Shown here: piece after piece, positions 28,702 through 38,447 of the stretch
Layout of the letters: each line of letters opens with the position of its first letter
Numbering within the stretch: the stretch's first letter is position 1
Assembly: GCA_965208615.1 (NCBI GenBank)
Contig: CBDBPB010000001.1
Span: 320,001-384,000, forward strand
Length of the DNA stretch: 64,000 nucleotides
Source: Spirochaetota bacterium
Lineage (GTDB): Bacteria > Spirochaetota > UBA6919 > CBDBPB01
Direction: 5' to 3'
Position numbers and translations under genes: made by a program
Notes under the pieces: generated by a model
Database searches by the model: none
What the model was told of the DNA's origin: nothing
What the model saw: only the letters and a program-made list of their open reading frames with translations

Positions 28702-31596
28702 CTATACTACTATAGCGTTATATAATATCTCAACCAAGTGTAGAGCTTTAAACCTTGTACCATCCATAATTTGATGTCTGCAACTAGTGCCATTAGCACA
28801 TATAATAGCCCTATCTGCTCCCCTTAAACTAGGGAATAATACTAACTCCCCTATCTTCATTGATAAATCATAATGCTCATCTTCATAACCAAAAAAACCA
28901 GCCATACCACAACATCCAGATGGTATTTCCCTTACACTATAACCAATAAAAGATAATATATCCCTGCTGGCACCTAAAAAACCAATAGCCTTCTGATAAC
29001 AATGGGTATGCACCAAAACTATACCCCTAGATTTATTAGAAAAAATATTCTTAGGTATACGCTCACTTTCTATTTCACGGGCTAAAAACTCGTCTATCGT
29101 AAAAGTACAACTTGATAAAACCTTTGCACTATCAACTAAATCCCTATCCACAAGATCAATGTACTCATCCCTAAGTGTCAAAATGGCTGACGGCTCAATA
29201 CCCAAAATAGGCTCAGAAAGCGATACACAGTCTTTTAACATCTGAACATTCCTATTAGCCCTCCTCTTAGCCCTCCTTAAAAGCCCCTTGGATAATAATG
29301 AACGTCCACTATCAACATGCTTAGGCGTTCTAATATAATAACCCAGCTTGTTCAAAACTAAAATTGCCTTAATACCAATATCTACATCAATATAATTAGT
29401 AAACTCATCCACAAAAAGATTGACCGTATCAACCCTATCACCTATAGAGCCATTAATACTACTTAGATTCTTCCTAAGCCATGCCCTTAGAGTGGTTTTT
29501 TGTACTTTAGGTATTTCCCTTTTGGCACTCAGCTTTAAGACCCGCTTTAAAACTCCAAACCCTAAACCATAGTTGAATAACCTCGGATAAATAGACCCAA
29601 TTTTATACATAATAGGCAAATAAGCAAGTAATAACTCCCTAAAAGGTAAACCATTCTCATCATAATGCTTTTGTAAATATTCAGCCTTTAACTTTGTCAT
29701 GTCCACATTAGACGGACACTCAGCCTTACACCCCTTGCACGAAAGACAATAATCAAGAATATTATAAGCCTCTAAATAACTAAATGGACTAATCTTACGA
29801 CTAATTGCCTCCCTCAGTATGTTAGCCCTTGCCCTAGTTGTAAAAAACTCATCCCTATGAGCCATGTAACTGGGACACATAATACCTATATTTATCTTAC
29901 GACAGGCTCCTACACCATTACACTTCTCTATCATCCCCAGCATGCCATTAGAACTTGAAAAATCAAAAATAGTATTTATCTCATTGGCTTTTTCTCCCAA
30001 GTCATACCTAAGACTGGATGACATCAAAACACTGTTAACTATCTTACCCCTGTTAAACAAGTTAAACGGATCCCATGTATGCTTTATCTGCCTTAGTAAA
30101 TCGTAATTATGCTCTCCAATAAGCAAAGGAATAAATTCACCCCTTGACCTACCATCCCCATGTTCACCGCTAATCGATCCCCTATACTTCTTAACAAGCT
30201 TGGCAGTCTCTAAGGCAATGTCCCTAAAAGCCTTACGATCACTACTATCCCTTAGATTAAGTACAGGCCTTATATGCAACTCCCCAACGGAAATGTGAGC
30301 GTAATAAACACAGGATAAATTATATCTATCAAGAAGTAATTGAAAATCCCTAAGATACTGTTCCAGTGCATATACACTAACAGAAGTGTCCTCCACAAAG
30401 GCTATGGGCTTAGCATCACCAGGTATATTAGCTAATACACCAAGTCCAGCTTTACGAAGCTCCCAAGCCTTTTGGATGTCATCACCAAACAATATTGGAA
30501 AATGATAACCTAAATTAGCCTTCCTCATTCTATTTTCAAGGGTATCCCTCATACTAAATAATTCTTCTTCTGTGTCAAAGGCAAACTCCACCATAAGCAT
30601 AGCCCCAGGGTCACCCTTAACAAAAAAACGATTCTTAGACTGCTCAATATTATCCTTAGTAAGGTCCAAAATAGCCTTATCCATAAGCTCAACAGCCTGT
30701 GGATCATATTTTAATGCAATTAAATTAGCCCTTATCGCATCCATAACAGAATCTAGGTGTACGCAAATAAGACCCGCCTTCCTATACAGAATAGGTAAAA
30801 TATTAAGCTTAATCTCAGTCGTAAAAGCTAATGTACCCTCTGATCCAGTCAGCAACTTAGCCATATTAAATCTAACATTACTATCACTAAAAACCTCTGT
30901 GTCAGCTAAAACGTCTATAGCATAACCAGTATTCCGTCTCAGTACTGCCTTATCTGGATACTCTTTATCTATCTCTTTTCTATTCACCGGATTAGATAAT
31001 ATATCCCTTATGTTCCTGTATATATCACCCTCTAATGACTTATCCCCGCACCTACTGCTAAACTCAGAAGGACTTATATCCCCAAACTCAGCCTCAGAAC
31101 CGTTACTAAGTATAACCCTTAATGAAAGAATATGATCCCTTGTAGTTTTATAAACTATAGAATGAAGTCCAGCAGAATTATTACCAACCATCCCACCTAT
31201 CATACAGCGGTTAGAAGTGGATGTCTCAGGTCCAAAAAAGAAACCATAACCCTTAAGATAACTATTAAGCTCATCAAGTATAACTCCAGGCTCAACCCTA
31301 ATCCAGGACTCCTCTTTGTTGATCTCAAGTATCCTATTCATGTTGGACACATCAACAACAATACCAGAACCAACAACTTGACCTGCTAAAGAGGTACCAG
31401 CAGTTCTGGGAATTATAGTTAACCCATTATCCTTAGCAAAATTAATAATCTTTATTATGTCATTCTTAGTCTTAGGCAGGCAAACAGCAAAAGGTAGCTC
31501 CCTGTAAACTGAGGCATCAGTTGCATAAAGTAAACGATAAGCCTCATCAGTAAGAAGTGTACCATCCAATGAGGCTCTTAAGCTTTTTATGTCCAT
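28702..31596 (-). CDS. FAD-binding / Fe-S 2-hydroxyacid oxidoreductase (GlcD-GlcF fusion, YdiJ-like)
   Basis: YATDAS, GTSLAGQ, GSEGTLA, SGEHGDG, CLSCKGCKAECP, CCGMAG. Confidence 0.9.
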   Translation of the reverse strand: MDIKSLRASLDGTLLTDEAYRLLYATDASVYRELPFAVCLPKTKNDIIKIINFAKDNGLTIIPRTAGTSLAGQVVGSGIVVDVSNMNRILEINKEESWIRVEPGVILDELNSYLKGYGFFFGPETSTSNRCMIGGMVGNNSAGLHSIVYKTTRDHILSLRVILSNGSEAEFGDISPSEFSSRCGDKSLEGDIYRNIRDILSNPVNRKEIDKEYPDKAVLRRNTGYAIDVLADTEVFSDSNVRFNMAKLLTGSEGTLAFTTEIKLNILPILYRKAGLICVHLDSVMDAIRANLIALKYDPQAVELMDKAILDLTKDNIEQSKNRFFVKGDPGAMLMVEFAFDTEEELFSMRDTLENRMRKANLGYHFPILFGDDIQKAWELRKAGLGVLANIPGDAKPIAFVEDTSVSVYALEQYLRDFQLLLDRYNLSCVYYAHISVGELHIRPVLNLRDSSDRKAFRDIALETAKLVKKYRGSISGEHGDGRSRGEFIPLLIGEHNYDLLRQIKHTWDPFNLFNRGKIVNSVLMSSSLRYDLGEKANEINTIFDFSSSNGMLGMIEKCNGVGACRKINIGIMCPSYMAHRDEFFTTRARANILREAISRKISPFSYLEAYNILDYCLSCKGCKAECPSNVDMTKLKAEYLQKHYDENGLPFRELLLAYLPIMYKIGSIYPRLFNYGLGFGVLKRVLKLSAKREIPKVQKTTLRAWLRKNLSSINGSIGDRVDTVNLFVDEFTNYIDVDIGIKAILVLNKLGYYIRTPKHVDSGRSLLSKGLLRRAKRRANRNVQMLKDCVSLSEPILGIEPSAILTLRDEYIDLVDRDLVDSAKVLSSCTFTIDEFLAREIESERIPKNIFSNKSRGIVLVHTHCYQKAIGFLGASRDILSFIGYSVREIPSGCCGMAGFFGYEDEHYDLSMKIGELVLFPSLRGADRAIICANGTSCRHQIMDGTRFKALHLVEILYNAIVV

Positions 31597-31641
31597 AGTT
31601 AATAATGCTAAAACAGCCTTTAATTAACAAAATATTATACA

Positions 31642-34410
31642 CTAAGCAATAGCCTTTCTCACCCTAACCTTCTGCATAAAATAAACTAAAACTAAAAGCC
31701 CTACACCAATTGCAGTTGTTATTAGAGTAGGCCAGAATAATAACACAGTAGTGGGTAGCATTATAGCCCACTCATACCACTTTGTTTTCTCAATAAAATA
31801 AAGCATGGTCAACGACGAAAAGGCAACAGTACCAATAATGCAAGATATAAAAGCAACTAAAATCTCATATACACTGCCGTCAAGTAAAATAGCAGGTACA
31901 TAAGCAAATAAAATAGGCATTACATAAAGCATTTTTGCAAACTTAAATGAAGTCCATCCAGTCTTCCAAGGATCAGCTCCAGCAATAGCAGCCCCCGCAT
32001 AAGCCGCAATACATACAGGTGGAGTGATATTAGAATCTTGACTAAACCAATAAACAATCATATGAGCCGCTATTAAACTAACTCCAAGCTCATCAAAAAC
32101 AGGTGCCACTAATACAATGGTAATCATATATGCCGCAGTAACAGGTACACCCATGCCAAGAACTAATGATGCCAATGCCACCATAATAATATTAGCGAAA
32201 ATATTCTTACCAGCAAAATCTAAAAGAATGTTAGAAAAACGACTTGCCAAACCAGTTAACTCAACCGATCCAATAATAACCCCAATAGCTCCTACAGTAG
32301 CTCCAATAACCAAAGTCTGCTTAGCACCAAGAGTAGTGGCATTCCATATCTCATGACCTATAGACTTAAGCATATCCCATATTTTTTTCATATTGGTCTT
32401 ATTAATCAAAACCCTAGACTTATCAATAAAAAAGGTTAAAACAACTAAGAAAAATACAGGCACTATAATATAATATCCAGGATGAGCATCATATATAGCC
32501 TTAACATAAACATTAAGAGGTCCAGTTAAAGCAATAAGATAAATCACTAAATCTAATACCATCTTAACAGGAATAAGAAATAGTACTATACTACTCCACT
32601 TATTACCCTGCTTAATAGACCTGTTAGCCAAACTAATTATAATACAAGTCATAATACCCCAAAAAGCAGCATTACCAGCAGAAAACTGTTCTACCATCAT
32701 CCAGGTAATAACAAGAAGGGGTAACATCATAAACCATTGCTCTTTCATAAGCTTTTTTATACTAGGGACCTCTTCCTTAGGTAAACCCTTTAGATCGTAT
32801 TTCTTAGCCTCAAAATGAATCATGGTAAAAACACCCCAAATATACATAAGCGCCGGTAATATGGCTACCGCCATAATATAAGAATATGGCTCCTCAGTTA
32901 ACTCAGCCATCAAAAACCCTCCAGCACCCATAACAGGAGGTAAAAACATACCAGCAATAGATGCAGATGGCTCAATTGCTCCAGCTACATGAGGTCTAAA
33001 TCCTGCCTTTTTCATAAGAGGGATAGTAAATACTCCAGTGGATACTGTATTAGCTATTGCACTACCAGAAATAGAGCCAAATAATGCAGATGCTAAAACC
33101 GATACTTTTGCTGGTCCACCAATAGCCCTACCAGCACTAGCCATAGCAAAATCAACAAAAAACTGTGTTGCTCCGGATAGCTTTAAAAATGCTCCAAAGA
33201 AAATGAAAAGTATAACATAAGTCGCTAATACATTTGCCATAGTACCAAATACGCCAATGGTGTGTATAAATAACTTAACCGAAATCTGCTTAACAGAAGA
33301 ACCCGCATGTGCAAAACTCTCAAGAGGAATAAAAGTCCCTATCCCAAACTCAGCTAAAAAAAGACCAAAATATGCATAAACAAGAAATGTATAACCTATA
33401 ATCGCTAATGGCCTTCCAAGTACACGCCGTGCTACCTCAAGGGATACTAAAATACCAATAGCTCCAATTAAAAAGTCTATGTCATTCTCACCGCCAGACC
33501 GTAAGTTTAAATCAGTAAAATTACTTATGTAATAAAGCACGGTTACTATACTGGCTGTGAAAAATATAAGATCAGATACACCAGGTATCTCCAACTTTTT
33601 TGTCCAAAACGGTAAGTATGGCTTTACAAATATGTATATCAAAAATACTAATCCGCCCACTGTAGTTAGCCAACCTAAAGCCTTTTGCAGAGTGCCTAAC
33701 CCTATATTAAACCCTAAAAAGTTAATAGCCTCATTAAGATATTTAGCGTTTACCTTATCACCCAAAGTTATTAACTCAGAAAACTGATATATCCAATATC
33801 CACCCAACAGCACAGTCAATAATAAAAAAGCTATGTTAACATAAAGCGGTAAAGATAGATCTTTCTCCCTTTGGTGAAAGATGTTAACCACAAAAGTAAA
33901 TAAATAAAATATGAAAAATGCACCCACAAGATAATAAGTCATATATCCTAAATCAGCCTTTGCCTCAATATCACTAATAGCAAAGTTATTGAGTATCCAC
34001 AAAAACAAAAGCCCAAAAGGCGCTAATGTAAAAATAGCATAGTAATTAGATGAATACTTTGGCTTCTCTCCCATACGCATGAATGGAAATAAAATAAATA
34101 TAAGCATAAATGTAATAAGTACGTAAGTACCACGATGGAATTGAGGCTGTAATAATCTATCAAAAAAAGAACTTATAGGACCTAACCACGACTTTAAACC
34201 AGGACTAAGCTTTATAATATAGGTAAGACCATCAGATATATTAGCCCAAATATAACCCGCACTAGCAACATAATAAGTTACCATAACCGCACTTAATATT
34301 AAAACTATATACCTCCAATACCTACCAACAGACCTCTCTTTGGCTGAGTCCTTCTTTAAAAGCTCATCCGCTTTTTTCTTTATACCACTATCATTAGCAT
34401 CTTTATCCAT
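31642..34410 (-). CDS. TAXI-type TRAP transporter fused permease (4TM/12TM)
   Basis: GGPAKVSV..SALFGSISGSAIANTV, PPVMGAGGFLMAE, LGMGVPVTAAY, ITPPV. Confidence 0.93.
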   Translation of the reverse strand: MDKDANDSGIKKKADELLKKDSAKERSVGRYWRYIVLILSAVMVTYYVASAGYIWANISDGLTYIIKLSPGLKSWLGPISSFFDRLLQPQFHRGTYVLITFMLIFILFPFMRMGEKPKYSSNYYAIFTLAPFGLLFLWILNNFAISDIEAKADLGYMTYYLVGAFFIFYLFTFVVNIFHQREKDLSLPLYVNIAFLLLTVLLGGYWIYQFSELITLGDKVNAKYLNEAINFLGFNIGLGTLQKALGWLTTVGGLVFLIYIFVKPYLPFWTKKLEIPGVSDLIFFTASIVTVLYYISNFTDLNLRSGGENDIDFLIGAIGILVSLEVARRVLGRPLAIIGYTFLVYAYFGLFLAEFGIGTFIPLESFAHAGSSVKQISVKLFIHTIGVFGTMANVLATYVILFIFFGAFLKLSGATQFFVDFAMASAGRAIGGPAKVSVLASALFGSISGSAIANTVSTGVFTIPLMKKAGFRPHVAGAIEPSASIAGMFLPPVMGAGGFLMAELTEEPYSYIMAVAILPALMYIWGVFTMIHFEAKKYDLKGLPKEEVPSIKKLMKEQWFMMLPLLVITWMMVEQFSAGNAAFWGIMTCIIISLANRSIKQGNKWSSIVLFLIPVKMVLDLVIYLIALTGPLNVYVKAIYDAHPGYYIIVPVFFLVVLTFFIDKSRVLINKTNMKKIWDMLKSIGHEIWNATTLGAKQTLVIGATVGAIGVIIGSVELTGLASRFSNILLDFAGKNIFANIIMVALASLVLGMGVPVTAAYMITIVLVAPVFDELGVSLIAAHMIVYWFSQDSNITPPVCIAAYAGAAIAGADPWKTGWTSFKFAKMLYVMPILFAYVPAILLDGSVYEILVAFISCIIGTVAFSSLTMLYFIEKTKWYEWAIMLPTTVLLFWPTLITTAIGVGLLVLVYFMQKVRVRKAIA

Positions 34411-34510
34411 CTTATTTTCCTTGTTAAAAATTAATTCTCCTTATTGCTACACTATATAAAACTATAAACAAGTATCACATACTGCTTAGCAAAGACAAAA
34501 GTATCATACA

Positions 34511-34539
34511 AACATACACAACATATAGATAAATGTCAA
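34511..34539 (-). promoter_or_regulatory. Putative sigma70 promoter of permease-oxidoreductase
   Basis: TTGACA-17 nt-TATGTT on the minus strand. Confidence 0.55.
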
Positions 34540-34650
34540 TAAATAAATTGTTGAATAAAAGAATATGCTTTTTAATCGAGAATATATTTGAAAGATAGAG
34601 CTATTAAGAGTTCTAATGATTTAGAAGGAAGGTTTATATAAATAGAATAA

Positions 34651-34696
34651 AGAAAGAAAAACTCTTATGTTATAAGCCTAAACCTATAACATAAGA
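34651..34696 (-). terminator. Intrinsic terminator after the TAXI receptor gene
   Basis: TCTTATGTTATA / TATAACATAAGA 12-bp stem followed by GTTTTTCTTTCT on the minus strand. Confidence 0.6.
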
Positions 34697-34707
34697 AGTA
34701 TAGGAAA

Positions 34708-35742
34708 TTAGTTAGACTTAATATTATCAGAAATCTTTAAGCCATTCTCTTTCCAAAACTTTTCAGCTCCTTTATGTAAAGGAGTTACTACACCAGTAAC
34801 ACCATTCTTAACAGTGGTTTGCTTAGCAGTCTTCTTAAGACTTATAAGATAAGCTAAACCCTCTTTTGTAAATATAGCTTTCATAGTATTATAAACAAGA
34901 TCAGGATCAACATCCTTATTAGCTACCCATAATGCAGAGTCAAAGAAAGAATTGGTATCACTATCAATACCCTTATACTTTCCCTTAAGATCAGCAGCAG
35001 GAATAGTCATTTGTGTGTAATATGGATGATTCTTAAAGAGTCCCTTTTCTTTACCAAGTGAGGCAACATCCAATAAAGTTATCTCTTTACTGTTAGAGAG
35101 CTCAATTAAAGCTGACGTCGGATAACCAGCTAATATCCACATTGCATCCAACTTTCCATCCTTAATAGCATTAGCGGCTTTTGTATACCCAAGGTTAGAA
35201 CTTTTTACCTTGTCCCAAAGACCAACACTAGTAAAATATCGCTCAGCTGCTGCTGCTGCACCAGAACCAGGACCACCCATATCAACTCTTTTACCTTCTA
35301 AATCATTAACACTCTTAATAGCTCCACCTTTTAAAACCGCTAATTGTGCAGGTGCTTTGTAAAGGAATGCAACAACTCGTACATTAGGATACTTTTTAGT
35401 ATCACCAGTAAGCCTTCCATTACGAGCTAAATATGTATCTCCAGAATAGGAAATACCAAAATGTGCAGCACCACTGTTTACCTTTCTAATGTTCTCTACC
35501 GAACCTTCCGATGACTCATTAGATAAACTAACACCATCAACATTCTTAGTTGTATATTGAGATATACCAGAAGCAAAAAATCTAAAGGTACCACCAGTAG
35601 GGCCACCACTAAACTTTAAAAAGGACTTCTTAGCTTCTGACTTACCATCCGCTTTCTTAGCCTTTGCCTTACATCCAGCAAAAGCAAATGTCATAGCCAT
35701 GATTACTATAAAAGCAATCATAAACGAGCTTTTCTTAAACAT
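34708..35742 (-). CDS. TAXI family TRAP solute-binding lipoprotein
   Basis: Lipobox FAGC, GGPTGGTF, SEGSVEN, GGPGSG, PLHKGAEKFWKE. Confidence 0.93.
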   Translation of the reverse strand: MFKKSSFMIAFIVIMAMTFAFAGCKAKAKKADGKSEAKKSFLKFSGGPTGGTFRFFASGISQYTTKNVDGVSLSNESSEGSVENIRKVNSGAAHFGISYSGDTYLARNGRLTGDTKKYPNVRVVAFLYKAPAQLAVLKGGAIKSVNDLEGKRVDMGGPGSGAAAAAERYFTSVGLWDKVKSSNLGYTKAANAIKDGKLDAMWILAGYPTSALIELSNSKEITLLDVASLGKEKGLFKNHPYYTQMTIPAADLKGKYKGIDSDTNSFFDSALWVANKDVDPDLVYNTMKAIFTKEGLAYLISLKKTAKQTTVKNGVTGVVTPLHKGAEKFWKENGLKISDNIKSN

Positions 35743-35892
35743 AAATTATCTCCTTAACTACTTTATTTAAAGTTAATAGTAAATATATAAAATTATAAAA
35801 TATAGTATACCGTATATTTTTTTTATTATATTTTATTTGCTTAATTTAAAATTAACTATTATACCATTACCTAAAAAATGTTAATCCCTATT

Positions 35893-36111
35893 CCAAAGCT
35901 ATAAACACTCCTAATCCCAAAGACCAATACCCTTAAAATATTGCTCTTCAACTACTGAACCAGAACCACCCATATCAACTCTTTTTCCTTCTAAGCCCTT
36001 AACAGCCTTAATATCTCCTTCTTTTAAAACTGCTAACCGTGCAGGACCTTATAAAGAAAAGCAAGAACTCGTATATTTAGGATATTTTTGCTATCACTAG
36101 TAAGTCTTCCA
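35893..36111 (-). pseudogene. Decayed internal fragment of a TAXI receptor paralog
   Basis: Aligns to about 35189-35419 (LAVLKEGDIKAVKGLEGKRVDMGG) with frameshifts and a stop. Confidence 0.85.
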
Positions 36112-36254
36112 TATTATACTTAACTTTGATCTTTAAAAAAATACAGTAATAAAAGCTAAATAAAGTATAAAAAATGTTTTAATAACATCTAATAGATGGT
36201 TATCTTTTTAACAAAAGTTAATAAAATCTTTCTATAAATAATTAAGAGTATATT

Positions 36255-36635
36255 ATGCTAAAACTTATAATTGTTATTATACTCTTTACCCTTAATAACC
36301 CTATATTCGCCTTACGATCAGTTAAAGAGGGTAATTTGCTGGTGTTTTATAATCCTAAGAACCTAAAAGTTAAAGCTTATTATATTCGCGGAAATAAAGT
36401 AGTTTATGTAATAAGATATTATTACAATAGTAAAAATTTATGTATTAGAAAAGAAAATTGGTATAAAAATACCTTGCTATCCTACTATAACTATACCTAT
36501 CACAAAAATAAAAAATTAAAACAAAAAAAATACTTTCATAATCGTAGGCTTAAATACATTACTGTCTATAATAAAGAAGGTAAAATAATTATGTACAAAA
36601 CGTTTTCTAAAAAGAAGAAGAATAAAAAAAAGTAA
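36255..36635 (+). CDS. Exported basic hypothetical protein with Tyr-rich beta repeats
   Basis: Signal peptide; YYYNSKN, YTYHKNKK, YNKEGK. Confidence 0.6.
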   Translation: MLKLIIVIILFTLNNPIFALRSVKEGNLLVFYNPKNLKVKAYYIRGNKVVYVIRYYYNSKNLCIRKENWYKNTLLSYYNYTYHKNKKLKQKKYFHNRRLKYITVYNKEGKIIMYKTFSKKKKNKKK

Positions 36636-36641
36636 TACAAA

Positions 36642-36845
36642 CTATTCTGACGGATCAAGTCTTCTAACAATAGCATTATTATCAGTTACTTCATATCTTA
36701 TACAGTCATAACCCCATACAACTCCATTTTCTACCTCAACAAGATAAATACCTCTTATTGCCAAAGGATTACATTTTTGTAAATCTCCATCAATCTCACA
36801 CTGAATTATACCATGAGATTTAGTTATAATTTTTTTAATACCCAT
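36642..36845 (-). CDS. Small hypothetical protein
   Basis: 67-aa ORF with AAGGG upstream; no recognised motif. Confidence 0.45.
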   Translation of the reverse strand: MGIKKIITKSHGIIQCEIDGDLQKCNPLAIRGIYLVEVENGVVWGYDCIRYEVTDNNAIVRRLDPSE

Positions 36846-37001
36846 AATTACAGCCCTTCTTAACTAAGATAAATACCAATAACTATACTATTATGGTATA
36901 CGCTATTAAATCATGATAGCTTAAAATTACTGGATAAATACCTATCTTTACTTTTATTAAACTTAATTTATTCTAACTACAGTAAATAAACAAAAATAAG
37001 C

Positions 37002-37424
37002 TTATTTAACTATTTCAACCTCACTAAAAAAGAATGCAATTTCTTTTTTAGCATTCTCAAGTGAATCGGAACCATGAACAGCATTAGCTTCAACATTAGT
37101 ACCATAAAGACTTCTTATAGTCCCTTCATCAGCCTCATCAGGGTTAGTAGCTCCCATAAGCTTACGATTACTTAATACAGCATTTTCCTTCTCAAGAACC
37201 TGTACAATACAAGATCCAGATGTCATAAACTCAACAAGACTATTAAAAAATGGCCTTTCTTTGTGTACGGCATAAAAATCTTGTGCTTGTTTAATAGTGA
37301 GATTTAGCTTTTTTTGTCCTATTATATTAAAGTTGTTGTTCTCAAACATAGATATAATTTTACCAGATAGCCTATTCTTAACAACTTCTGGCTTAATAAT
37401 CGATAGAGTCCTTTCAATAGCCAT
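37002..37424 (-). CDS. ndk: Nucleoside diphosphate kinase (start corrected to ATG at 37424)
   Basis: MAIERTLSIIKP, FYAVHKERPFF, NAVHGSDS. Confidence 0.97.
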   Translation of the reverse strand: MAIERTLSIIKPEVVKNRLSGKIISMFENNNFNIIGQKKLNLTIKQAQDFYAVHKERPFFNSLVEFMTSGSCIVQVLEKENAVLSNRKLMGATNPDEADEGTIRSLYGTNVEANAVHGSDSLENAKKEIAFFFSEVEIVK

Positions 37425-37697
37425 AAATATATATTTACCTTTAAGTTTTTTTTCACTAAACACAATACTAAAAAAAACTGCTTAAGTCAATTTTTAAACT
37501 TTTCTTTTTCTAAAAAGTTTTAGTGGCTAATAAATTAAGACCATTGAATAAAAAAATACGCCCTATTGGAACCAGTAATAATTAAAAAGCGTTACTTCTT
37601 AATGTAATTGTTTTTTGACTATTAATAAAGTCTTATAATAACGCCATTTAACCTAAGCTATATATTTTATAAATAAATCTTTTTTGGAGGAAAACTA

Positions 37698-38123
37698 ATG
37701 CCTACTTTTGTTAAAATGGATAAGTGTGACGGCTGTAAGGGGCAAGACAAAACTGCATGTATGTATATTTGTCCTAACGACCTTATGACACTAAACAAAG
37801 ATATCATGAAAGGGATTAATCAAGAACCAGAACAATGTTGGGAGTGTTATAGCTGTGTAAAGATTTGTCCTCAACAAGCCATAGAGGCAAGACACTATGC
37901 TGACTTTGCTCCTCTTGGTGGTGCTACTATCCCGTTAAGGGGTACTGACTCTATTATGTGGACTATTAAGTTCCGCAATGGTACTACAAAGCGATTTAAG
38001 TTCCCTATAAGAACAACGCCAGAAGGTTCTATAAAACCATACGAAGGTAGAACTGAACCTGATAATATCGATGATCAAAAACTTTTTACCGAAACAGGAC
38101 AAAGTATACCCAGCTTAAATTAA
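37698..38123 (+). CDS. aprB: Adenylylsulfate reductase beta subunit
   Basis: MPTFV..DKCDGC...ACMYICPNDLM, CWECYSCVKICPQQA, KRFKFPIRTTPEG. Confidence 0.97.
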   Translation: MPTFVKMDKCDGCKGQDKTACMYICPNDLMTLNKDIMKGINQEPEQCWECYSCVKICPQQAIEARHYADFAPLGGATIPLRGTDSIMWTIKFRNGTTKRFKFPIRTTPEGSIKPYEGRTEPDNIDDQKLFTETGQSIPSLN

Positions 38124-38270
38124 TTTATTAATTACTATGTAGAGTAGCTATAATGGATGACATCAACCACAATATTAAAAATATTATATTGTTGACCCTT
38201 TAAAGTTTATTATGTTGGTTTAAATTTGCATAAAATAACATTATAATCAAGTTTCTTAGGAAAAAAGAAA

Positions 38271-38411
38271 ATGCCTACTTTTGTTAAAATGGATAAGTGC
38301 AATAATTGTGTAAAGATTTTTCCTCAACAAGCTATTGAGGGACGTCATTATGCTGACTTTAGTCACATTGGTGGTTCTGTTGTTCCATTACAAGAGAGTA
38401 ACTCTATATAG
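38271..38411 (+). pseudogene. Internally deleted aprB copy (46-aa open frame)
   Basis: MPTFVKMDKCNNCVKIFPQQAIEGRHYADFSHIGGSVVPLQESNSI; first 29 nt identical to aprB. Confidence 0.85.
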
Positions 38412-38447
38412 ATAGTTAAAATTACTAATATTTAGGAGATAAATAAA

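Noticed and set aside
38215-38230. sigma54-like TTGGTTTAAATTTGCA before mini-aprB
   Set aside because: GG-to-GC spacing is 9 nt rather than the required 10.
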